From contig JALJEE010001488.1 in NCBI GenBank assembly GCA_023231475.1, positions 1-54,969 on the forward strand: a DNA stretch of 54,969 nucleotides, in the 5' to 3' direction. Position 1 is the stretch's first letter; each line of letters starts with the position of its first letter. Below the pieces are notes generated by a model. The model searched no databases and was not told the DNA's origin. It saw only the letters and a list, made by a program, of their open reading frames with translations. Source of the stretch: Seison nebaliae. Taxonomy: Eukaryota. A program made the translations under genes and the position numbers. This document shows positions 1 to 10,759 of this stretch, piece after piece.

Positions 1-145
1 GTATACTGGAGAAGGTATGGACGAAATGGAATTTACTGAAGCCGAATCTAACATGAATGATCTCGTTTCCGAATATCAACAGTATCAAGAAGCTACTGCT
101 GATGAAGAAGGTGAAGCTGATGAAGAGGAAGAAGAAGAAGCTTAA
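1..145 (+). CDS. TUBB: Beta-tubulin, 3' end (partial)
   Basis: Frame from nt 2 reads [47 protein letters not shown], the conserved beta-tubulin C-terminus. TAA at 143-145; AATAAA at 475-480. Confidence 0.98.
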   Translation, partial: YTGEGMDEMEFTEAESNMNDLVSEYQQYQEATADEEGEADEEEEEEA

Positions 146-540
146 TTCGATTATTCAATCATTCTCAATTCAAATTGTTATTTGGTTGTTATTAACATCT
201 TTATTGAACCATTTCTCATTTTTTACAAACTTTTAAAGTTTTTTCGTGGTTTTTGCTAGCGGCTCTCACTCTTGTCCCATTTCCTCATTTTTCGTCTTTT
301 TTCTTTTCATTTAAGTTATTCTCGTTATAAGTGACTCTAATACTCGAGGAACTCTATTAATTTTCCTTGAATGATTTAAAATTTTCCTAAAATATTTTTT
401 AGAGAAAAGGTGCAAAATTATTTTTTCAATACTTGTTATTTCGATTTCACTTATTGAGTTAAAATAGTTTTTAAAATAAAAATGTATTTTCTTGTATACT
501 ATTTAACGTTTAATATTTTTTTGTTGTATGTGTATAAGAA

Positions 541-591
541 AAGATATTATATCTTCTATAATATAGATTCTATATTATAGAATCTATATTA
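541..591. repeat. Three overlapping AT-rich inverted repeats
   Basis: Perfect arms of 7 bp (541-555), 13 bp (555-581) and 16 bp (559-591), each with a 1-nt T spacer. Confidence 0.85.
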
Positions 592-742
592 AGTTTCAAA
601 CAATAAGAATAATCGTAACAAATTTCTACTTTCCATCAGAGTATAATATGGAATAATTAGTGTGAATAAAAAGCTGAAGAAGTTGATCGATGAGAGGAAA
701 AGAAAAATTTAATTTGAACATTTGTTACTGTTAAGAAAGAAG

Positions 743-1131
743 ATGAAAATAGAAGGGGAAGATATCGATTTTCGGAGTGCGGATGATAATCGTCTGACAT
801 TGATGGAGAGAGTAAAGAAAACTCCATTGGTATCCATTGGTTTTTAATGAATTTCTTTCAAATTTTATTGATGAATAGGAATGACGGGATTTTTCAGTTT
901 AGCTGCCTATCGATTATTCAAAGCGAAACGCGAAGGATGGACAGGTAATTTATCATTATATGTTATTCATACGAGATTAATGGCGCAAGTTCAATTTCTT
1001 TATCTCAATTTTTCATTTTTTCTTATTTTCAGGGATTCGTTGTCAGTCTATTATGTGGGGGAGCAATGTACCGAATGTATCAACGAAGAGATCAATTTTT
1101 CAAATCGAAAGAAATTTCTGCAAAAGAGTAA
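743..1131 (+). CDS. HIGD1: HIG1-domain mitochondrial inner-membrane protein, 3 exons
   Basis: Exons 743-839, 879-988, 1033-1131 (GTT-AG introns of 39 and 44 nt) give MKIEG...KKTPLVSIGMTGFFSLAAYRL...LSLYVIHTRLMAQGFVVSLLCGG...KE*. The PLVxIG and HTRxxAQGFVV motifs are typical of HIG1. Confidence 0.9.
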
Positions 1132-1384
1132 ATATCATTAAATACGTCACTTTTATTTCTCTTATTCTCGAAGAAATGTAGATCATAAATAAAACATTCA
1201 CCATCTTTTTTTGAGAATATCACTTGTTTATTTCTTATCGAATAATTTTGTTGATGAGTTGTGGAAAATTGATTAATTCCATATCTAGTGGATTTCCGAT
1301 TAAAAATGAAATTAATTGTTGTCTTTATTTCTTATTGCTTCCTTGAAAATGCACAATAATATTATTGATAATGAATGAAATGAA

Positions 1385-3780
1385 TTTATTTTAAAGACTC
1401 TTCAACAATTTCCTTTCTCATTACCCAGCCCACTAGAGACAGAGGTAATATTTTCAATTTGGAAATAAGATAGGTGGAAGTGCAAATGGTAAAATGCTCA
1501 CAGGAGAAATCTATAAGGGCATTTAGGCATTTGTTGAATAATCTCATCTAATGTCGTAATCGGATTAAAGAAGGTTTATTTACGAGGATATACTCCAAAA
1601 GTGACATTAAAGACAAATATTTTTCTTCTTCCCAATAAGTTACCTTCCCTACTACTACATCTACTGTCCTCTCAAATAAGAATGAACAAATCAAGCGATG
1701 AAGAAATTCGCAATTTATATAGATTCATCCCAATTCCTTTTTTCCATCGATAACTTATGTAAAATTTTCTAATTAGTATTTGTTAAAGACGAAACGAAGC
1801 AAAATAATTTTGGTGAGACAATCATATTCCTTTCCACTCTCATTCCCTCATTTCATAAACAAAATGATTCGAATCGGAACTTGCGTTAAGTTTATTTTCA
1901 AAATATTTATGAGACTGTTTGTTTTTCAGATCGTCGATCAATATTAGCTGAAAAATTGAAGTTTGGTTTTTGACATCATTCCTAATTTCACCTTTAGTCG
2001 CACATCGATTTTTCGGTACGTCGCAACGTATCTTTTAATAATAATTTAATAATAAACTGAGAGGATCCTTCAGCATTTCCTTGAGACGATAATTAAATTT
2101 TTAATTTATTTTCAAATAATAGGAAGTGCTCTGGATAAATAGGTGCCATCCAATGTCCATTGTGTCTGTGTTGAGGAAATTCTTAAATTTCCCTATATTT
2201 TTCATTTTTCTCTCCAATTCGATTGTTGGAGAAATGTGGAATTTTCACGGATGTGGAATTTTCATACCTAATACTTCCCTCAATAAAACCAATTGCACAT
2301 GTTGTACGGCATAAATTATTTTTTTTTGCTTCTCGAATAATTTCCTAAATTTTTTAATTTAGTTTCATTTGGAAATTGCTATTAATGTTCAATGGAAAAT
2401 CATTTTATTTTGTAGGGAAACTACAAAAGTTTTGAATGATTCTTCCTAATGTTCTACATTTAATGTATGACTCGTTTAAAATGACGGTATGATGAAGTGA
2501 TATTAATATGGGTCTGATGTCGACCGGATATCACCAGGAACAGTTTTCAAAATTTGCTCATTGGTAGAAAATGGATTTGATTTATGCGAGAAAGACGATA
2601 GGTGAATTATTCTTGACATAGAGAAGAAGGAAAGAAGGAGTGTACGAAAGAAATGGACAGGAGAAATGTGATGATGTTATTGAATATTTCCAAATTTCCA
2701 ATAGGAAGAGGAAGGACATATCTGATGAATATTGAAGATATTTTGATAAGAAGACTATTAGAAGAATTGATGCCATATATTACATGATATGAGTAATAAT
2801 CTCATCATAGTCGGGTCGGCAGGTGACAGCGAACAGAATGGAGATTAGATGAATTGCTGTTTTTATGATCTGGCAGGCTGAGTTTATAGGAAGAAGTAAA
2901 AAGAAATAATTGTATTATTTACGGAGATGTAAATGAAAATTTGTTGAAGTGAAAATAGAGGAGAGATCAATATAAATGAATTCCATAAGTCCATCATGAT
3001 GGCATGCAAAATAATCCTTGAAATATTTGCATCGATCATAACAATAGTTTGTTATGTCAAACTTAGTCAAAAAAGGAATGGACTGCTTCCTCCTTTTCGT
3101 TCGTGAACAAGTAATGAAGAATTATTTTATGCTCGTCCGATAAATATCCGATAGGAGAAATGGGGTTGATGTCTGTTGCATATCCTGCATATGGTTTCAA
3201 GTACATGTGTATGCTCCTACAATTATAAAGAGTTTTGAGCAATTTTTCTTCTTTGAAATCATTTCAATTAATTTCATTCTTTTTCTCCTAAACTTACTCC
3301 AAACCAAAATATGTGCCAACACATTTTTTTCTTTCTTACAATTTTATTTCGTTTCCGTTTGAAAGATTTGCGCACATAGAACACTTTAATAGATTTGTCG
3401 ATTCCGTCTTATGTTGTTTGGATTTGAGGGGATATAAATTATATGAGAGGACTTCTCTTACGTTCCTCTTCTTCAACTTCCTAATACTTCGGTTTGGTCA
3501 TCTATTCATCATTTAATAAATGATTTCGAGTTGATTAATGCATGTACATCGGGAAATTAGGCGAACATGGAATGAGAGGATATTGCATTTACTACAATGT
3601 TTCCTTCCAGATTGCGTTCTCTTAAGATTTATCAATAAATTTCCATTCTTCCTATTTTGTGTTTCGATTGAAATAACTTCATTTTCATCCTCCATCCCTA
3701 AACCATATCGTATACAGAACACCGATGTGCCTCCTCATTCAACGGTTGTGAAGATGAGGAATTAAGAAAATAATTAGTAT
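1385..3780. pseudogene. Degraded coding-like region, possibly an old mobile-element remnant
   Basis: 2.4 kb with no coherent ORF or spliced model but more G+C than nearby introns. Plus-strand fragments NCIIYGDVNENLLK (2908-2949) and in-frame CIDH (3028-3039) resemble AP-endonuclease motifs, with five stops between them. Confidence 0.25.
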
Positions 3781-3812
3781 TTTCATATAAATATAAAAAT
3801 TTTCATTGATTC

Positions 3813-3844
3813 ATTCATCATCATCATCATCATCATCATGATGG
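3813..3844. repeat. (TCA)n microsatellite
   Basis: About 8-9 TCA units followed by the inverted ATGATG. Confidence 0.8.
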
Positions 3845-4165
3845 TTACCTATCAACATTGCTTTTAGTGTTCTCCCCATTCCTACAATCCAATTTAGTCA
3901 TCTCATCATACATTGCCCTCCCGAAAAAACATACAAATACACAAGTGTACCTAGTCCAACTGCGCATAAATTGAAGCAGAACGCACGTATTCACCTTTCC
4001 CCAATATTTCATTTCATTCCATCATTCCTCTGATTCCTTTATGAAAATTTATTAGACTACAAACTAATTAACATCATTACTATCTCTCTTTTTATTTCAT
4101 TAAGCGAAAAAACTTATTTCTCTTTCAAACATCTTCCACAAAACTCGTCGAAGAAATCGGAAGTA

Positions 4166-4562
4166 ATGGAATCATTGACGACTAATTCAACTAATCTGTT
4201 AGATCAACCGAATGTGACCAATAATTTGCCATATCATCGATCCACTCCGTCTTTGGTCGAAGTGGCCAAGACGCCAATACCAGATGCACACGACGTCATA
4301 CTTCTCGGTCCAACCACAAAGAATAAGACGATGACAAAATTGAAAACTAAATTCTTCTCCGTCTTCCCGCCCAATCGTTCCAATCGATCCATCGTCAAAT
4401 GGAATACATTCAAATTACACGAAGGTCAACAGATCGATATAATTGTCACGAGTCCCGCCTATAAATATAAAGTTGGAATTTGTTTGCTTCATTTCCTCTC
4501 ATTTCTATCAGACTCAGATTGTTAGGAGGAAGAGTGATGGTGCGCTAGATTCTGATAAATAA
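4166..4562 (+). CDS. Uncharacterised ~118-aa protein, 2 exons
   Basis: Exon 4166-4471, phase-0 intron 4472-4511 (GTTGGA...TATCAG, 40 nt), exon 4512-4562 encoding TQIVRRKSDGALDSDK*. No family recognised. Confidence 0.6.
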
Positions 4563-4826
4563 GATTCTTTTATTTGAATCATCCACTCTGATTAATGCGT
4601 GTAAATATCGATAGACAATCTCTTAAATATACACTTTACAAACTTATCCATCTAATTTATGTAAATCTAAATATTCATCGATGTCCAAAAATGACCACGA
4701 AAAAAGAAAGAATTGCCAGTATTTAAAAATATTTATTTAAAGATCAAATAATAATAGAAATAATGAAGAAATATCGAGCTGGAGCTTATGAAGGAGCTAC
4801 TTGATTTTGATGAATTTACTTCCGTT

Positions 4827-5240
4827 CTAATGGATATTACTGTGATTGAACATAACAACATGGAATGATGTTCCAACTAATGATAAGCTTGCGAATATCA
4901 ATGATGTGTTATTTAATCGATTCAATTTATTCATCTGTTCCACTGTTCCACAATTATGTATTCCCGAATAGATGGAAATAAAACAAACGATCATCAATGT
5001 CAACACATCACCAACCATAATCGTTACCAACAGAATCACCATAATCGAAGAGAGTTGATACTTCTCGAAATGAATAATATCGTCAATTGTCGATGCGGAT
5101 ATGACAATTGAGACGAGTGACAACATCGCAATAATTATGACGGTTGGTCGTTGGAATTTCGGATGTGCTATGAATTGTATATAATCCTCTTCATCATAAA
5201 CTCCCTTGATACTCTCCTCCGAACTGTCCAAACTATCCAT
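4827..5240 (-). CDS. Small multi-pass membrane protein (137 aa, about 3 TM segments)
   Basis: Single ORF with an acidic N-terminus and hydrophobic stretches VIIIAMLSLVSIVISA, IMVILLVTIMVGDVLTLMIVCFISIY and LIFASLSLVGTSFHVVMF. Confidence 0.7.
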   Translation of the reverse strand: MDSLDSSEESIKGVYDEEDYIQFIAHPKFQRPTVIIIAMLSLVSIVISASTIDDIIHFEKYQLSSIMVILLVTIMVGDVLTLMIVCFISIYSGIHNCGTVEQMNKLNRLNNTSLIFASLSLVGTSFHVVMFNHSNIH

Positions 5241-5282
5241 TTCTTTTTTAATGATTTCTATTCAACTGTTTCTCTTATTTAT

Positions 5283-5755
5283 TTAGCGCACAACTTGTGC
5301 ACCATAATAAACCATGCAAACGATAAAAAATTTATAAAAAATATTCGTAGTCAATTTCGTTGAAGAATTACAATAATTTCTATCGCAACAATATCGTTCA
5401 CTCTCCACCAACCGCTTCTTAAACGGAAAGGAACATCTATCTGCGTCCGGTGAACATCCTCTTCCATAAAACTTCTTTCCCGTCCACAATTTATATTTAT
5501 AATACTAAAAATTCAAATTTAAATTTATGAAATTTGTTAGTTCAATCTCAAGTCTTATACGAAATGACTAACAATGCATGTGGTGTTACATTCAATTACC
5601 ATATCTAAACTGGGATAGTCGCAATTTTCATTAGTTTCCGATGCGCACCTAAAACATTTGAGTGAATGACTTATTTGAAAATGGTTCACTAATATTAAAA
5701 TTAATAAGATAATTTTAGTCGGTTGAAATTCGATCATTTTTCTAATAAGTTTCAT
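5283..5755 (-). CDS. Ly6/uPAR three-finger protein (quiver/sleepless-like), probably GPI-anchored, 2 exons
   Basis: Signal peptide, then LKCFRC...NC...C..TC. A phase-0 intron 5572-5505 (GTTAGT, internal CTAAC, TTTTAG) precedes YYKY...RGC...C...CCDRNYCN and a hydrophobic tail. CCxxxxCN is the LU-domain signature. Confidence 0.88.
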
Positions 5756-6058
5756 ATCTGAATTCGCGTTTATTATGATATTTCAACATTATTCGTGATA
5801 TATGTATACTAAAGACAATCCATGTCTATTTGTTTACTTAACTTGATTAGTTTATTTATCTTTAAATATATATTATTAAAACTTTATCTCTTTTACAATA
5901 TTTAGTTCGAAATTAAATTAACTTACAAAGTCAATAATTTGTCCTAGAATAATCATCAAAATATTACACAAATTCTCAAGTTCTACATAATTTGTTATCA
6001 CACAATTATAATTCAATAGTGATATGAAAAAAAATTAAAAATATTTAAAAAAAATTCA

Positions 6059-6130
6059 TAGCAGCGAGTGGTTTCGATCCACCGACCTCTGAGTTATGAG
6101 CCCAGCACGCTTCCGCTGCGCCACGCTGCT
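6059..6130 (-). tRNA. tRNA-iMet: Initiator tRNA-Met (CAT), variant
   Basis: AGCAGCGTGGCGCAGCGGAAGCGTGCTGGGCTCATAACTCAGAGGTCGGTGGATCGAAACCACTCGCTGCTA has A1:U72, A54 and A60 in the T loop, and a CAT anticodon. An oligo-T Pol III terminator follows. Confidence 0.97.
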
Positions 6131-6308
6131 ATATTATATAAGTTGTAAGAACAATATTGAATATATGGAATTAAGAAAGAGATGATAAGTTTTATGAAAA
6201 TATGAAATGAATAGAATTTGAGCTGTTCATTTGGAAGATTAATTCTTCTTAATCCTTCTCATACATCCAATGGATCAGATGTAAAGAGATAAAGATGATA
6301 AGAACTAG

Positions 6309-6328
6309 AGAAGTTTCTTCGATGTTCG
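6309..6328 (+). promoter_or_regulatory. Possible gapped heat-shock element upstream of UNC-45
   Basis: GAA(6310), TTC(6315), cga(6320), TTC(6325) in 5-bp register, about 150 nt before the ATG of a myosin co-chaperone. Confidence 0.3.
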
Positions 6329-6475
6329 ATTGAGAAGAATCGAAGAAGATTTGAGTTTTGGTTAAAACGCGTTTCTCTTTCTAACATTTCGAATTGTGTA
6401 TCTGTGTGGAGCGTGTGGAAAGAAGAGGATTAGTTACAAACGTTTTATCATTATTTCAACAAACAAAAAAAGAAA

Positions 6476-9400
6476 ATGGGAAAATGTCTAGAGGAATTGA
6501 TTTCGTACAAAAAACAAGGTAACGAATATTTCGGTAAGGAACAATATTCGGATGCCATTCATAAATATTCAGCAGGAATACTTTTAGCCGAATCTCGTCA
6601 AGGAGTGAATGATGAAGTGAAAGGAGAATATATAAATCTTTTGAATAATCGTGGATTTAGTTATTTCCGTCAAAATCATTATGTATCAGCAAGACATGAT
6701 TTTGAAAATATACTTCGTCAAAACAGTGATAATATGAAAGCGATTTATCGTTTAGCGATGGTTTTTCTCAAAGAAAAGAATTATGTTGAAGCAATGAATT
6801 ATTGTCGTCGTGCTATGCAAATGGATAAATCGAATAAGAGTGTAGAGGAATTATATAAAGAAATCCGTCAAAAGATGGATTTGGAGAAATCATCAATTTC
6901 AACATTCAAATCTAAATGTGAAGAATTGATGAAACGATTAATGGATGATAAGAAGATGAAAGAAACTGAGAAAATTTTGAATACTTTTCATCAATTAATT
7001 CGTGAAGAATCCATTTCTTGTCGATCATTGATTATTGAAGAATATTTAGAAAAAATTCAAAATCTTTTTTATCCTCATCTTCCCAAATTAATCGACGCGT
7101 CTCGAATGAATTATCAATCAATTAATATTTTAGGTGATATGAGAGTTAGCTTATCGAAAATTCAACATCCAAAATATCCGATAATTTTGGCATTGATTCG
7201 TTTCATTGGATCGTTGGGGAAAAATAGTACGAGAGAACAGGCATCCAAAATTCTTTCAATTTTCCCTATCAATTCTCTCATTCAATTAATGAACAATTCC
7301 ATCTTTCTCAGATGTGATGATATGAAAAGTAAAGAATTTGAAAAACGATCAAAAGAATTATCAACTGCCACCGCTTTCTCCATTCAATATTTATTAATGA
7401 GTTTCACCGAATTGGAAAGTTTCAACAAAGTGAAAAAAAGATGTAATGAAATTTATTCGTTCGATAAACCGCAAATACAATTGATTGATGATTTCTTTTG
7501 TGCACTCATCTATATCATCGATTTAATTTCATCGAAAAATGATCTAATAGGAACATTTCATGCGGAAGGTCGTGATCGTTGTATGGAATTAATGGCGAAA
7601 TTTATCAGTCGAGAATTCGCTCTCGGATGGTCTCCGAAATTTGTGGCGATGGGTTTGGAGAAAATCGCTGGTGCCGCCGCATTGACATATGACAAGAAGA
7701 ATCAGGTAAATGGTTTGTGCACCGTTAATACGTTGATGCATTCCGCTTGTGTTTTTGCCGCCGTTTATGATGATTGTTTCCAGGAAACGGAACAAAATGA
7801 ATTTCGAAAAAATTCTTTGAAAATTGTTAAGAAATTTATCGGCGATAACGAATTACCTGAAGCTCTTTCTGTCGTATCGGCGTTGTTACAAGGACCGGTG
7901 GATGTTGGGAATCATGTGATAAATGAAGGTCAATTACAGGAATTAATATTGAACATGTTATTGAATAATGAGGAGAAATTACAACGATTATCGATCGAAG
8001 TTCTCGTTTTATCCATCGCTAAAGAAGATAAAGTTTCCGCTTTATTGGCCGATGGAGCAGCGATAATGATCGATTTATATCAAACCACGAAAATGATCGA
8101 TATTCGAGTACGATGTTTATTCGGTCTCTGTAAATTGGCGAGTGGAACGAAAGACAAATCATTAAAAGATAATTCATTATCATCAAAAAGTCTATTTGAT
8201 GATTGTCGGTCGATGATGTTAAATTCGAAATTGGATTCAAATGTGAAGAAATGGGTGATCGAATCAGTCGCATATTTATCATTAGATCCCATCATAAAAG
8301 AAACTCTCAGTTCTGATAAAGAGATGTTAGAGATCTTTTTTAAATTATTACCAATCAACGAAAAAAAAAATGAAAAAATCGATGAAAATAACGATATTTT
8401 TGATAATAGTCGAAATATCGTTTATGCAATTTCAAATATTATTTGTAACATGACGAATAGTTACGACGTGAAAAAGATGGATAAAGAGATGTTGGAATTG
8501 GCGAAATATACGAAACAGAAAATACCAGAAATTCATCAATTCGACCAAGAGGAATATGTGGAGAAAAGATGTCGTCGATTAATTTCAAGTAATTTAACGA
8601 ATTTACTTTATCGATTAATTCTCATTTCAAATTCACATCAACAACAACATGTAACTGATAAATCGGATGAATCTGTAACACGACCACAAACTCGAAATAC
8701 ATCCGATACAACAACAACAACGTCTGAAAATAAATCAACCTCTCATGGACAATATTCGTATGGAGCATCGACGGAATGTCGAGAATTAATTTCTCGTGTC
8801 TCTTTAACCATTTCTGACGATTCGTATAAAGTTCGAGGAGATATGGTTGCTTTGGGATTAGCTCGAGAACTTATTTCGTTCACTCGATTCAATACAACAA
8901 TTGGAATCAGAAAAGCATCACAAACATTGGCGAGAATTGGAATTACTATGAATCCAGAATTGGCTTTTCCGGGCCAGAGAATTTTGGAATTGATTCGACC
9001 ATTATCTGATTTGTTAAGAAGTGAATGTGATGCGTTGGAGAATTTCGAGGCATTGATGGCATTGACTAATATGACACAAGTGAGTGATGCGGTTATTGTA
9101 CGAATAATGGAAGGAGATGATTTCGTACACTTTTCCAGAATTAATGCATTATTATTCGAAGAACATCTCATGTTACGTCGAGCGGCCGCTGAATGTTTTT
9201 GTAATATGGTGAGAAATGATAAAGTCGTTCCATTATTCGAAAGGAAAGATGTGGATCGTGTCAAATTGATGATGTTATACACAATCGAAGATGATGACGA
9301 AGAAGCGGAAATTGAAGAAGATACACAGATTGTTGACAGTTCGGAATTGTTAGATGGTGATGGAAAAGTAACAGAAGATGATCGTGAATTAGCGAAGAAA

Positions 9401-10030
9401 TTAATAGCGAAAATTAAACGAAAACGAGAAAATGAAATGATACGAGCGGAATTCACATCGAAAAATGGAGAACGATATCTTCCAAAATTGGCAATCGCTT
9501 GTTCAGGTGCATTGGCACAATTAACGGAGAAAAGTCGGAAAGTTTGCGAGATAATTCTCGAGCAGAATTGTTGGAAAGAATTTCTTCAAAGATTAATCGT
9601 TTCATCTCATGTGGAATTGAGACATCGAGGTACATCGATTCTCAATTCTATTTTTACCGAATGGCCACAACGATCAATGAGTGAGAAGATGGAGAAGAAA
9701 CATGAGAAGGAAGTAGAAGAATTAAAATCGAGATTGGAAACACAAATGAATATCTGCAGGAAACGATCGATGAGTGAGAAAGAAATCGAACGCGAATTAT
9801 GTAAAGTTGAGTCAGAAATGAAATTCACTTATGAGGAAAGAAATTGGGAGAAGATTATTTTGGAGAAAGCGAAAGATGATCCGTTTGTGAAACAAATCTC
9901 ATCAAGCGAAATCATGACTTATATGTTGGCTTTAGTTCAATTAGATAAGGAAGATAAGAATGTTCATGATTTAATCATAAATTGCATCGATTTTGCTGAT
10001 AAAATAAATGTCCTTCCAAAGGATCTTTAA
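6476..10030 (+). CDS. UNC45: UNC-45 myosin chaperone (TPR + central + UCS domains), intronless, 1184 aa
   Basis: N-terminal TPRs (KKQGNEYF...AIHKYS, NRGFSY, KAIYRLA). UCS motifs ELAKYTKQKIPEIH, ARIGITMNPELAFPGQR, LENFEALMALTN and LRRAAAECFCNM. Confidence 0.96.
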   Translation: MGKCLEELISYKKQGNEYFGKEQYSDAIHKYSAGILLAESRQGVNDEVKGEYINLLNNRGFSYFRQNHYVSARHDFENILRQNSDNMKAIYRLAMVFLKEKNYVEAMNYCRRAMQMDKSNKSVEELYKEIRQKMDLEKSSISTFKSKCEELMKRLMDDKKMKETEKILNTFHQLIREESISCRSLIIEEYLEKIQNLFYPHLPKLIDASRMNYQSINILGDMRVSLSKIQHPKYPIILALIRFIGSLGKNSTREQASKILSIFPINSLIQLMNNSIFLRCDDMKSKEFEKRSKELSTATAFSIQYLLMSFTELESFNKVKKRCNEIYSFDKPQIQLIDDFFCALIYIIDLISSKNDLIGTFHAEGRDRCMELMAKFISREFALGWSPKFVAMGLEKIAGAAALTYDKKNQVNGLCTVNTLMHSACVFAAVYDDCFQETEQNEFRKNSLKIVKKFIGDNELPEALSVVSALLQGPVDVGNHVINEGQLQELILNMLLNNEEKLQRLSIEVLVLSIAKEDKVSALLADGAAIMIDLYQTTKMIDIRVRCLFGLCKLASGTKDKSLKDNSLSSKSLFDDCRSMMLNSKLDSNVKKWVIESVAYLSLDPIIKETLSSDKEMLEIFFKLLPINEKKNEKIDENNDIFDNSRNIVYAISNIICNMTNSYDVKKMDKEMLELAKYTKQKIPEIHQFDQEEYVEKRCRRLISSNLTNLLYRLILISNSHQQQHVTDKSDESVTRPQTRNTSDTTTTTSENKSTSHGQYSYGASTECRELISRVSLTISDDSYKVRGDMVALGLARELISFTRFNTTIGIRKASQTLARIGITMNPELAFPGQRILELIRPLSDLLRSECDALENFEALMALTNMTQVSDAVIVRIMEGDDFVHFSRINALLFEEHLMLRRAAAECFCNMVRNDKVVPLFERKDVDRVKLMMLYTIEDDDEEAEIEEDTQIVDSSELLDGDGKVTEDDRELAKKLIAKIKRKRENEMIRAEFTSKNGERYLPKLAIACSGALAQLTEKSRKVCEIILEQNCWKEFLQRLIVSSHVELRHRGTSILNSIFTEWPQRSMSEKMEKKHEKEVEELKSRLETQMNICRKRSMSEKEIERELCKVESEMKFTYEERNWEKIILEKAKDDPFVKQISSSEIMTYMLALVQLDKEDKNVHDLIINCIDFADKINVLPKDL

Positions 10031-10549
10031 TTATCAAATTCAAATTTAATTAATTTTATTCAAATTTAATTTTATTTAAATATTAATCATAATTATCATC
10101 CCTAATTGTCCCTTATTTGCTTCTAGAAGAATATACGAACCATAACAATAGAATCATAACAAACCGATCTAATTATATTTGATCATATTATTTATAACTG
10201 TTTTTTACCCATTTTCCTTCATCATTCTGTTTGAAATAAAATTTACCCAAATTCCAATTTCTTTTTGTTAATAAAGAAAAAAATAAAATAAAGAAAAATT
10301 ATCCAATAAAATAATGGAAAAATCAAATGTGATTAGTGTTAAAATTGAGATAATAAATAATTTTGTGATTAGTTGGAAAGAATAATGTTTAGAAGAGAAT
10401 TAAGAATAATTTCATTATCATGAACAATAATTGGAATAAGATGATTATTGGGGAAAATAAGTTAATTTTAATTTGGTGGAAAAAAATCGATATTTATTTT
10501 ACGTTGAGAATATTCTGATGTGTCACTTCCTTTTTTTTATTTTGTCAAT

Positions 10550-10759
10550 ATGAAAATTTTCTTTCTATTTTTTATACTTTTTATTTATATTCTTCAGATG
10601 AATCGACCAGTAAAATGTGAATTAATGAAATTTGATATTACGATGAATCACACAGTTGCTACTACGTTCTTGAAGACTAGAAGATGTTCATTTAAATTGA
10701 AAAGTTTTTGATTTTTGAAAGATTCCAAAATGTTTCATCACTTCAATTGTTCTAGCTGA
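10550..10759 (+). CDS. Small secreted peptide, splice model uncertain
   Basis: MKIFFLFFILFIYILQ is a signal-like N-terminus. GTT donors at 10655 and 10686 can both use the AG at 10720-10721, ending at TGA 10759 (57 aa) or about 10811. Confidence 0.4.

Noticed and set aside
1385..3100. Alternative genetic code (TAA read-through) or a piggyBac transposase on the minus strand
   Set aside because: One frame runs through several TAAs but then hits TGAs, and conserved genes here end in TAA, TAG and TGA normally. The piggyBac-like fragments lack the catalytic Asp motifs and I found no terminal repeats.
8743..9456. 237-aa antisense ORF inside UNC-45, and other antisense or alternate-frame ORFs inside the long CDSs (e.g. 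11961-12518, 30256-30504, 45394-45750)
   Set aside because: These are shadow ORFs from codon bias and triplet repeats (poly-His, poly-Met and poly-Val readings) with no independent motifs.
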